Origin: a virus
Taxonomy: Duplodnaviria; Caudoviricetes
DNA: 64,000 nucleotides
IMG/VR virus record: IMGVR_UViG_3300026549_000054
Coordinates: 40,767 to 104,766 of that record
Reading direction: 5' to 3' (one strand)
This document shows, piece by piece, positions 39,399-47,126 of this stretch (position 1 is the stretch's first letter; each line of letters begins with the position of its first letter). The position numbers and the translations under genes were made by a program. Under the pieces are notes generated by a model. The model searched no databases. It was not told the origin of the DNA and worked only from the letters and a program-made list of their open reading frames with translations.

Positions 39399-39415
39399 TC
39401 CGGTTTCTCCTTAGA

Positions 39416-39580
39416 TTAAAGTCCCATTTGAAGGTTGATAAAGCCATCCAAGAAAATCAAACCAAAGAACACTACCATACCGACAATACCCTGGAGAATG
39501 TACTTTCTCTTTTCCTTACGAGCCATAGCGCGGTTGTATTCTGTCCAGTTCGTGTAACCATTCGGGATGTATTCGTTCAT
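39416..39580 (-). CDS. Small membrane protein (54 aa)
   Basis: GAGG RBS; ILQGIVGMVVFFGLIFL hydrophobic segment. Confidence 0.6.
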   Translation of the reverse strand: MNEYIPNGYTNWTEYNRAMARKEKRKYILQGIVGMVVFFGLIFLDGFINLQMGL

Positions 39581-39686
39581 AGTTTAACCTCTTGTTTAAT
39601 TTCTAAAGTAAATATAGATAATTTAAACTGAACTGTCAATAGTTTTATTCACCTTTTCTGTAACTTTTTCTTTACATACATAATCT

Positions 39687-39962
39687 ATGACTAATTTTGA
39701 TGGCTTCTTAACAAATAATAATGCAGTTTTAATTAACTTCGTGTCAGTATATGACAATGACCCTTATTTACAAAAGTTTACAGAAGATTCATCAGATAAA
39801 AAAGAGGTAGTATATAAGACTACCTTCAATGGAATTTTAACAAATACAGAAGATTACTTGAAATGTACTTTAACAGAATTTAAGAGCATTTATGAGAATG
39901 ATTTGTATTTAAGTAACTTTAAAGAAACAATTAAAAATGAATTAGAAGAATTTTTAGAATAA
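39687..39962 (+). CDS. Hypothetical protein
   Basis: Lone plus-strand ORF followed by a hairpin terminator at about 39984-40016. Confidence 0.55.
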   Translation: MTNFDGFLTNNNAVLINFVSVYDNDPYLQKFTEDSSDKKEVVYKTTFNGILTNTEDYLKCTLTEFKSIYENDLYLSNFKETIKNELEEFLE

Positions 39963-40460
39963 TCTAGTTTGCTATCGCAAACAAAAACATTTGAAGGATA
40001 AACCTTCAAATGTTTTTTATTTTCTATAAAGGAGAATTAAATCTTTTTGGGCAACCGGGAAGTTTGAAACTTCAGCCTATTTAGGAACACTAGAACTGAA
40101 GTTTTTGATTCTTTTTGGTATAACGTATGAAGAATCACTTCTGTGGGATTTACGAATAAGCTTATGGGTCGGTCTTCCTGTACTCCAGCTACATCTTATT
40201 CAACCAAGGCGGCTATGTGTTAAACTTGCGAAGTTTAACTACGATGTTAGATTTTCAATGATAGTTTACTCAGTCTTCAAACCTTTTAACCTATCCAAGT
40301 GTGTAACTAACTTTTACACATATTGGCTATCCCTCTACCGATAGTGGCATTGAATTGTACTTCGTTCCGAGGAAATAGACTTTCAAATGTCAATAGCCAA
40401 ATATAGTAATTATTACTTTATGTGTAAAAAATTTTAAAAATTTTTGATCTGCAGAATTAG

Positions 40461-40532
40461 AGCCCTATACCAGATTCGGACTGGTGCCACCTGCTTGGAA
40501 GGCAGAAATGCTAACCACTACACCAATAGGAC
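40461..40532 (-). tRNA. tRNA-Gly(TCC)
   Basis: TCTGC-CTTCCAA-GCAGG; U73. Confidence 0.85.
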
Positions 40533-40536
40533 AGTA

Positions 40537-40612
40537 TCTCCCCTACTGGAGTCGTACCAGTGTTATTTTTCGGTGTAAACGAAGTGCCATAAACCATCTA
40601 GGCGAAGGGGAG
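40537..40612 (-). tRNA. tRNA-Val(TAC)
   Basis: TTCG-TTTACAC-CGAA. Confidence 0.75.
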
Positions 40613-40616
40613 TTAG

Positions 40617-40685
40617 TTGCAGGTATGGGTGCCGACACCACTGCCACAAAGATATGAGCTTCGTGTGTATGCCGATACCCCTGCA
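40617..40685 (-). tRNA. tRNA-Met(CAT), divergent (could be Ile2)
   Basis: CGAAG-CTCATAT-CTTTG; short D-arm, atypical T-arm. Confidence 0.55.
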
Positions 40686-40689
40686 ATAG

Positions 40690-40760
40690 TTGTTCGTGCT
40701 GGAATCGGACCAACATTAAGTGATTCAGAGTCACCTGTACTACCGTTATACTAACGAACA
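40690..40760 (-). tRNA. tRNA-Gln(CTG)
   Basis: GGTGA-CTCTGAA-TCACT. Confidence 0.85.
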
Positions 40761-40768
40761 ATAATTTA

Positions 40769-40841
40769 TCCCAATGCCGGAGAACGATTCCGAACTACAA
40801 GTGCCACAAACTTGTGTGCTACCAATTACACCACATCAGGG
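40769..40841 (-). tRNA. tRNA-His(GTG)
   Basis: CAAGT-TTGTGGC-ACTTG; no encoded G-1:C73 pair. Confidence 0.75.
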
Positions 40842-40850
40842 ATGAAGTAG

Positions 40851-40923
40851 TGCTCCATCAAGGACTCGGACCTTGGACTCGCTGATTAAGAGTCAGCTAC
40901 TCTACCAACTGAGTTAATGGAGC
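40851..40923 (-). tRNA. tRNA-Lys(CTT)
   Basis: GCTGA-CTCTTAA-TCAGC. Confidence 0.9.
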
Positions 40924-41550
40924 ATTAGTAATAAAATCTATAATTTTTTCAACATATTTTTGTTTTTCTTCTAATGATAATTTTTGGTATTCGGCCCAAT
41001 TACATCTACCAATTAAAGTCCATCCTTCACTTGATAAATTTTGAGTTCTTTTATTATCATATAGTTTTCCTTCTTCTGTATAATGTGTCCTTCCATCTAC
41101 TTCAAAATATATTTTCTTTTCAGGCCAAGCAAAATCTAACCAATAAGGTTTAACATAATAATTATTTTCAAAATTTATATTTTTGTTTGTAAAAATGTTA
41201 AACCAACTTTGTTCTGCATAACTTCTTTGTCTTCGCCCTATCCAAGAACTTGCTCTACCTTCTTTGTGTGCTTTTATCATTCCTTTTGATATATTTTTTC
41301 TTCCTTGCTCAGACATAATATATTTTTTATATGGTATTTTATTTGGATTTAATTCACAATGTTTTTCGTGATTAATCATTGTTGATTTTGTTGTATATTT
41401 TGAAAAACCACAAAATTTACAAGATAAATTATATTTTGGTTGTTGTCCTCCATTATTTAATATATTATGAACTTTTATTTTATGACTGTATAATTCTTTC
41501 TTATCATCAAAGATTTCTTTACATATTTTACATTTATATTTTAATTTCAT
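40897..41550 (-). CDS. Putative homing endonuclease, DUF559/Vsr-like; stop codon lies inside tRNA-Lys
   Basis: C2H2 fingers, SYAEQ, LDFAWPEKKIYFEVDGRTH. Confidence 0.8.
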   Translation of the reverse strand: MKLKYKCKICKEIFDDKKELYSHKIKVHNILNNGGQQPKYNLSCKFCGFSKYTTKSTMINHEKHCELNPNKIPYKKYIMSEQGRKNISKGMIKAHKEGRASSWIGRRQRSYAEQSWFNIFTNKNINFENNYYVKPYWLDFAWPEKKIYFEVDGRTHYTEEGKLYDNKRTQNLSSEGWTLIGRCNWAEYQKLSLEEKQKYVEKIIDFITNAPLTQLVE

Positions 41551-41565
41551 ATTTTTATTTATTTA

Positions 41566-41639
41566 AGCACACTGAGGGATTTGAACCCCCGAATCGCGGA
41601 GTTGCAGTCCGCTGCATTACCAGGCTTTGCTAAGTGTGC
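41566..41639 (-). tRNA. tRNA-Cys(GCA)
   Basis: GCGGA-CTGCAAC-TCCGC; U73. Confidence 0.9.
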
Positions 41640-41699
41640 GAATTGATTACTGTGGAAATTTATTTAAATGGCGACGTATCCTCCACCACAGTAATCTTA

Positions 41700-41773
41700 A
41701 GTGGCTACTGGGATTTGAACCCAGGTAACCTGTTTGGTAAACAGGCTCATTAACCAGACTATGATATAGCCAC
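41700..41773 (-). tRNA. tRNA-Gly(ACC)
   Basis: CCTGT-TTACCAA-ACAGG; U73. Confidence 0.8.
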
Positions 41774-41782
41774 ATTTGTTCG

Positions 41783-41857
41783 TACATCTGATAGGAGTTG
41801 AACCTATATCACATCGGCGTTCGTAGCACCGGACTCTTCCAATTAAGCTACAGATGC
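41783..41857 (-). tRNA. tRNA-Arg(ACG)
   Basis: CGGTG-CTACGAA-CGCCG. Confidence 0.9.
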
Positions 41858-41863
41858 ATTTAG

Positions 41864-41950
41864 AGGAGGTAGAAGGATTTGAACCCTCGTGTGATTTCTC
41901 ACCCACTGTTTTCAGGACAGGTCCGATAAGCCAGGCTCCGGCATACCTCC
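41864..41950 (-). tRNA. tRNA-Ser(TGA)
   Basis: CTGT-CCTGAAA-ACAG; long variable arm. Confidence 0.85.
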
Positions 41951-41954
41951 ATAA

Positions 41955-42028
41955 TCGCCCAGGTGGGACTCGAACCCACAAAATTCTGCTTCTAAGGCAG
42001 ACACGTATACCAGTTCCATCACCGGGCG
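41955..42028 (-). tRNA. tRNA-Leu(TAG) lacking long variable arm
   Basis: TCTGC-CTTAGAA-GCAGA, then ATTTT directly into the T-stem. Confidence 0.8.
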
Positions 42029-42042
42029 TTAATTTGTTTTAA

Positions 42043-42113
42043 CAGAAGTACCAGGACTCGGACCCAGACGAACAGACTTGGAAACTGCCATGCTACCGTT
42101 ACATCATACTCCT
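42043..42113 (-). tRNA. tRNA-Trp(CCA)
   Basis: AGGAGTA acceptor, G73, TT-CCA-AG loop. Confidence 0.8.
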
Positions 42114-42119
42114 ATTTAG

Positions 42120-42193
42120 CGACATCGGCGGGATTCGGACCCGCGAATGATGGTTAGACAGACCACTGTGTTAGACCACTTCACCACGATGCC
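42120..42193 (-). tRNA. tRNA-Asp(GTC)
   Basis: GTGGT-CTGTCTA-ACCAT; G73. Confidence 0.85.
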
Positions 42194-42199
42194 ATATAG

Positions 42200-42274
42200 T
42201 CCATAGGGATGGATTTGAACCATCAGTCTCCACCTTATCAGAGTGGCAAACGGAACCAGTCGTTATGCCTATGG
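42200..42274 (-). tRNA. tRNA-Ile(GAT)
   Basis: CCACT-CTGATAA-GGTGG. Confidence 0.8.
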
Positions 42275-42286
42275 ATAATTTGTTAG

Positions 42287-42359
42287 TGCCGCCCTCCCGT
42301 AACGATCGGGAATCTCAGGATTTTCAGTCCCGCGCATAGACCATCTTTGCTAGAGCGGC
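42287..42359 (-). tRNA. tRNA-Phe(GAA)
   Basis: CGGGA-CTGAAAA-TCCTG. Confidence 0.85.
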
Positions 42360-42363
42360 ATAG

Positions 42364-42437
42364 TGGATACATACGGGATTCGGACCCGTGACCTCTTCAG
42401 TGCTAATGAAGCGCTCTTCCAACTGAGCTAATGACCC
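42364..42437 (-). tRNA. tRNA-Ala(AGC)
   Basis: CTTCA-TTAGCAC-TGAAG; G3:U70. Confidence 0.8.
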
Positions 42438-42446
42438 AAAAGTTTA

Positions 42447-42521
42447 TGGACACATAAGGGATTTGAACCCTTGACATCCTGCGTGCAAGGCAGGCGTTCT
42501 ACCAAACTGAACTAATGGCCC
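42447..42521 (-). tRNA. tRNA-Ala(TGC)
   Basis: CCTGC-CTTGCAC-GCAGG; G3:U70. Confidence 0.9.
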
Positions 42522-42528
42522 GTTTTCG

Positions 42529-42600
42529 TAGTACATTCGGGAGTCGGACCCGAGTTTCCGCCTTGAAAGGGCAGCGAACTAACCACTATTCTAATGTACC
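42529..42600 (-). tRNA. tRNA-Glu(TTC)
   Basis: CTGCC-CTTTCAA-GGCGG. Confidence 0.85.
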
Positions 42601-42607
42601 ATATTCG

Positions 42608-42681
42608 TAGTGCTATCCGGATTTGAACCGGAGTTTTAAGAGTGAAATTCTTATGTCCTAACCAAACTAGACGATAGCACC
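42608..42681 (-). tRNA. tRNA-Glu(TTC), second copy
   Basis: TAAGA-ATTTCAC-TCTTA. Confidence 0.85.
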
Positions 42682-42683
42682 AT

Positions 42684-42720
42684 AAAAGAAAAATCCCGTG
42701 GTTTGTGTTCCACAGGATTT
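42684..42720 (-). terminator. Intrinsic terminator (putative attenuator) immediately before the tRNA array
   Basis: AAATCCTGTGG-AACACAAA-CCACGGGATTT followed by TTCTTTT. Confidence 0.8.
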
Positions 42721-42745
42721 AATTTGTTACGCCGGAAAATTATAA

Positions 42746-42859
42746 CTAATCAAATGCCTGTGTAGAACCTCTATCTTCGCCTGCGACTGCACCTTCAAAT
42801 CGTTCGTCAATGGCGAACCAATCCTGTGCGAGGCAAATGTGGGACTTAAGCATCATCAT
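42746..42859 (-). CDS. Putative leader peptide of the tRNA array (37 aa)
   Basis: MMMLKSHICLAQDWFAIDERFEGAVAGEDRGSTQAFD*; TAAGGA RBS; lies between promoter and terminator. Confidence 0.7.
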   Translation of the reverse strand: MMMLKSHICLAQDWFAIDERFEGAVAGEDRGSTQAFD

Positions 42860-42987
42860 AATTTCTTTTTTCCTTATATTGTATATATAACTTTTAATTT
42901 CTGTTTTTTGATTCTTTTGTTAAACACATCCAAAATAATTGTTATTGGTTTTTCAACCGCTACACAATCATTTTGTTTACATAGACA

Positions 42988-43016
42988 AATATAGTATTTA
43001 ATTTTATATTTGTCAA
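42988..43016 (-). promoter_or_regulatory. Sigma70-type promoter for leader and tRNA array
   Basis: TTGACA-N17-TATATT. Confidence 0.85.
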
Positions 43017-43053
43017 TGGGTAAATGTAATAATTTTGATTTTTTTGATCTTCG

Positions 43054-43521
43054 TTATTTAAAGTCTTTTGCAAATTTAGCTTCTTTGATATACTCCTGCA
43101 TAAGTTTTGAGGCTTCGCTTACTTCCATCCATTTGCCAAATTTAGTAACCAACTTCTGTAACTGTTCAAAAGTCAAATTCTTACATTTTGATTCAAATTC
43201 ACTCTGTATATTCCACCAATCGGGAACATTCTTTGTTCCGGTACTGGAGTAGGCAGGCGTGTAATAAAAACTGTATCTAGTATTATTCTTAACTGTTCCA
43301 ATTTTTATACTTGCGTCATATCCATATCCATTGTAACCAGATGAAAAAGTGATTTTACATTCAATTCTCGGTTTGCTTTGTAGATTGCCTATAATGTCAA
43401 AGCAATCAAACTGCCCACCGAATTTTAATGTTGCTAGTTTATCAACTGCTACTTTAATGTTTTCAGCATTAGTAATAGCTGTGTTGCATAAATGTTTTAT
43501 TCTTTCTTCTGCGTAACTCAT
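43054..43521 (-). CDS. DF-tail family protein
   Basis: Ends KEAKFAKDFK. Confidence 0.65.
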   Translation of the reverse strand: MSYAEERIKHLCNTAITNAENIKVAVDKLATLKFGGQFDCFDIIGNLQSKPRIECKITFSSGYNGYGYDASIKIGTVKNNTRYSFYYTPAYSSTGTKNVPDWWNIQSEFESKCKNLTFEQLQKLVTKFGKWMEVSEASKLMQEYIKEAKFAKDFK

Positions 43522-43589
43522 TTTAAACTCCTATGAAAAAGAGGGTTAGGTTGTTACACCCAACCCTCTCGGGAGGTACAACAAACTAA

Positions 43590-45005
43590 CTATTCTTCAA
43601 TGGAGAAGAGCTGTTCGGTAGTGAGATGGTACAAGCACCAATCCGGGATGTAACTCTCAGTACCTGGCGTGGAAATCATAAAGATTTTCTTGAAGAAATG
43701 TTCAGGCTTCGGGAAATCAAATCCCATATCAGTGAAATAGATGATACCATCAAATTTCGCCTTTCTTTCCTTAATTGCTTCAAGAACGCATTCAGGGTTC
43801 GTGCATCCGCGACCAATCAGCTTGAAGTCGGACTTCTTCTGCTTCTGTTCGGTGAATGGACCGCAAACACCATCCCAGAAACAATAGGACACATCAGCGT
43901 GTTTTACGAACTTGTTCACAATCGCACAACCACGTTCCACGTCCTTATCGTCCATAGAGCCGGAGCAGTCAATCGCCACCAAAATGCGAGAACGGAATTT
44001 GTGCTTCTTACCAGGAACATCAAATCCCTTTCTGCGATCTGGTCGCATACGGGTATCTTCAGTGTACTTATCCACTGTGTTCGCCTTGAATCTCTTCAGG
44101 ACTGTCTTCGGGTCAAATTTTGGAGTATTGGCAGCAAGAATTGCCTGGAGCAAACCACCACTAATGTTACCCCACTGAGAAGCATTTTCTGCAATGTGGT
44201 GAGTGATTTCCTGGATTTCCTGGTCTACCAGAGTATTTTCTTCCCAACCTTCCGTAGCCTTTTCAGCTGCGTCCTGGGAGCCATCAAAATACTCATCCAA
44301 TGCGTCCTTCGTCGGGTTTCCGCTTCCGCCCTTACCCTGTTGGTTTCCCTTGCCCTGGCCCTGTCCATTACCTTGTCCCTGACCCTGACCTTGTCCCTGA
44401 CCCTGTCCGCCACCACCTTGCTTTTCAGCGCAATCCATCAACATAGAGAACACCTTTTCAAGGAACCAGTGGTCTTCTTCATTGAACTTGATTTTGGCGG
44501 TTTCTTGACGGAATTTTGCCTTGTTCGGAAATTCCTGGAGCATCTGCATAACTTCTTGCTTGTGAGTATTCAACACAGAACGCTGATTTTCGTCAAACGA
44601 GATATAGTCAGATGCCTTCTTGAAAATCTGGAGCGGGTAGCATTTACGAGTAGTGATGTGGTGCAAAGCAATTCGCAAACATTCACTAAACATAATGTAA
44701 GCCAAAATGGAACATTCCTGAATCTTGTTCAACCAAATCGGGTTATATTCCATATTGATAGCACTACCAGTGCCACGGCAATTCAAGCGGAGAGTGACCT
44801 GCGGGTCCTTGACCGGCTTTAAATCACACAAACCAAAGTATGTGAGAACCGCCGGCTCAAATTGCATCAACTTCACCGCGGAAGTGATGAGCTGTTCGGA
44901 CTTGGAATTACATTCATCCCACAGTTCCATATATTTCTTATTATCTTCTTTATAAAGCTGGGCGAGTTCGTCCTTGGGAAGATTTGAAATTTGAATTAGA
45001 GCCAT
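43590..45005 (-). CDS. VWA-domain protein (DUF2201-like), MoxR partner
   Basis: AIDCSGSM MIDAS, GRGCT, IYFTDMG; (GQ)n linker. Confidence 0.85.
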   Translation of the reverse strand: MALIQISNLPKDELAQLYKEDNKKYMELWDECNSKSEQLITSAVKLMQFEPAVLTYFGLCDLKPVKDPQVTLRLNCRGTGSAINMEYNPIWLNKIQECSILAYIMFSECLRIALHHITTRKCYPLQIFKKASDYISFDENQRSVLNTHKQEVMQMLQEFPNKAKFRQETAKIKFNEEDHWFLEKVFSMLMDCAEKQGGGGQGQGQGQGQGQGNGQGQGKGNQQGKGGSGNPTKDALDEYFDGSQDAAEKATEGWEENTLVDQEIQEITHHIAENASQWGNISGGLLQAILAANTPKFDPKTVLKRFKANTVDKYTEDTRMRPDRRKGFDVPGKKHKFRSRILVAIDCSGSMDDKDVERGCAIVNKFVKHADVSYCFWDGVCGPFTEQKQKKSDFKLIGRGCTNPECVLEAIKERKAKFDGIIYFTDMGFDFPKPEHFFKKIFMISTPGTESYIPDWCLYHLTTEQLFSIEE

Positions 45006-45194
45006 AAATTTGTACCTCTTAAATTAGTTTTCGTTTTTCGTATAGTCTAATATAGTAAATTGTGAGACGTATGTCAATCCAAATTGGGTAAAATAAAATT
45101 TACAAAGAAAAAAGGTGGTTTTCCCATTTAGTTGAGAAAACCACCCTCAACCACCAATAAGGAAATTTGGGCATTATACCCAAAACGAATTAGA

Positions 45195-46400
45195 TTACTT
45201 AAATTCGTTCTGGATACGGACAATGCTAGTATAGAGAGCGTTCAGTGCGTTCACTTCCATACCATTTTCGTCCTTGACGCGGATTGGGCAGCTCTTACCG
45301 ACCAACTTCGTCCACTTCTGCTTCTTTTCACGTGCCGTTTCCACAGCGTTCGTGTACACTTCCACCTGGATTTCCTTGGCGAGATGGGTGAGGAAGTAGT
45401 AGTAGTTAGTTGCGTACTTCTTGCCGAGTTCGGTCGGAGAATCAGGAGTTCCCATCTTGGATTCCTGTTCGTGGAGATACTGGCACACAGACTGTCCGAG
45501 CTGTACCGCCTCAATCTTGGACTTCTTGCAGAGCTTTTCTACCTTGGAGCCAAATTCCTTTTCAAAGTCCTTGGACTCCATAAGAGCCTTAGCATCCATA
45601 CCGGTACCATGCTGAGCATAGTAGGTCTTGAACTTGGCCGCTATAGCCTGACCAACATAACCGGCGCAGGATTCCTGGAGAATACCGAGACCCTTGTTGC
45701 CTTCAAACAAACCCTTTTCTGTTGCCATATCAAGGAAGTTTGCGAAATGAACCCAGGTACGGCGGGATGGGAGAATACCATCAAAGCTCTTACCGGCCGT
45801 CTTGCTAGCCTGGGCGTTGGAGTATGGGTCAAGGTCACCGGAGTACTGGGAGATATAACCCGTGACAACGCGGTTCACACCTGCTTCAGTTGCCCAGTCA
45901 AGCCATTCCTGGACAGTCGGAGTGAAATTGTACACAACGAAACGGTCCATCTTTGCCGGGTCAAATTCTTCAACGTCATAATTGCCGTCGTCACCCGGAT
46001 TGATAGCACAAATGACGTGAGAGCCAGGAGCAAGCTTGAAGTTCAAAATCTTGTGGTCAAGGCCCAGCTGCATCATAGCATTCGTTACGAGAGTAGTACC
46101 ACGGTTGATTTCATCCAGGAACAAAGTCACTGGGAGCGGGTTGCCGTGTTCGTCCTTCTTATACCAATATGGCGGAACGAATTCGGTTTCACCAGTTTCG
46201 GAATTGATGCGAGGAAGACCAATAAGGTCACCGACATCGGAAATCTGGGAGGCCTGGAATTCAATACAGTCCTGGTGCCAAACATTCTTTGCAAGCCAGC
46301 GAATGACTTCGGTCTTACCGATACCGTGCGGACCCTTCAACATCACGGTGTGAGAGTTAGGAGTTGCTGCGAGAACCATCTTGAGAGTCTGAATATCCAT
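45195..46400 (-). CDS. MoxR-type AAA+ ATPase
   Basis: GPHGIGKT, DLIGLP, LFLDEINR, CAINP, DPAKMDRF. Confidence 0.9.
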   Translation of the reverse strand: MDIQTLKMVLAATPNSHTVMLKGPHGIGKTEVIRWLAKNVWHQDCIEFQASQISDVGDLIGLPRINSETGETEFVPPYWYKKDEHGNPLPVTLFLDEINRGTTLVTNAMMQLGLDHKILNFKLAPGSHVICAINPGDDGNYDVEEFDPAKMDRFVVYNFTPTVQEWLDWATEAGVNRVVTGYISQYSGDLDPYSNAQASKTAGKSFDGILPSRRTWVHFANFLDMATEKGLFEGNKGLGILQESCAGYVGQAIAAKFKTYYAQHGTGMDAKALMESKDFEKEFGSKVEKLCKKSKIEAVQLGQSVCQYLHEQESKMGTPDSPTELGKKYATNYYYFLTHLAKEIQVEVYTNAVETAREKKQKWTKLVGKSCPIRVKDENGMEVNALNALYTSIVRIQNEFK

Positions 46401-46520
46401 AATTTATCTTTTTCCTTTTTGTTTTATGGTGATTGTTTCAGTTAGTTAAAAATTACAAGTTAAAATATAGTTTCTGTTTTCTGCCTTGTCAATGGGTAGT
46501 TTTGTAAAATGATTTTTACA

Positions 46521-46898
46521 TTAGAAATCTTCCATCAACGCAGCGAGACGTTTCTTTTGGAAATGAGCCTTGTATTCCTTACACAGTTCACCCAAATGTT
46601 CACACAACATTTCATCTGTGTAGGTCCACGCCGGAACACATCCATTGAAGACGAAATCCTTATTCCCCAGGCTATCCTGCATATCTTCTACAGTTTCCAA
46701 ACACGCATAAACGCATTCATCAATCATAGACAGAATGTAGCCTGAATTGTTCAGGAAACTTTCTTCATTCACATAAGCCATGACCGGTTCGTGTTTCATC
46801 CGTTCCGGATCATTCATAATCGCCTGCGAGTTCTGGTCCACATAAAGACCCAGGAGCATTACAATCTTATTAAAGCGTTCAATACCTTCTGTTACCAT
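46521..46898 (-). CDS. DF-tail family protein
   Basis: Ends KRLAALMEDF. Confidence 0.7.
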   Translation of the reverse strand: MVTEGIERFNKIVMLLGLYVDQNSQAIMNDPERMKHEPVMAYVNEESFLNNSGYILSMIDECVYACLETVEDMQDSLGNKDFVFNGCVPAWTYTDEMLCEHLGELCKEYKAHFQKKRLAALMEDF

Positions 46899-46901
46899 TT
46901 G

Positions 46902-47126
46902 TTACCCCATATAAATGTTGTTGTAAATTTCGTCCGCAATTTCTGAAATTGACTTCTTGTCCTTCCAACCATCGCGGATATAGGTATAAATGTCTGCCTG
47001 ACATTCAGCCGTAAATTCGTTGTATTCGTCTTCATCTGCAGTAAATTCTTTAATGGCACGATATACACCATAGAAGAATTTATCAGGAACGATGGAATTT
47101 TTACGATTTTTAATATGGTTGAACAT
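46902..47126 (-). CDS. Hypothetical protein
   Basis: Own promoter; GAGG RBS. Confidence 0.65.
   Translation of the reverse strand: MFNHIKNRKNSIVPDKFFYGVYRAIKEFTADEDEYNEFTAECQADIYTYIRDGWKDKKSISEIADEIYNNIYMG

Noticed and set aside
44340-44420. GQGQGQ repeat as a mobile or regulatory repeat
   Set aside because: Ordinary low-complexity linker of DUF2201/VWA proteins.
43626-46445. Long plus-strand ORFs (398 aa and 437 aa; also 35825-36817, 37417-37998, 23144-23716)
   Set aside because: They are in-register antisense shadows of codon-optimized minus-strand genes, with no motifs or promoters of their own.
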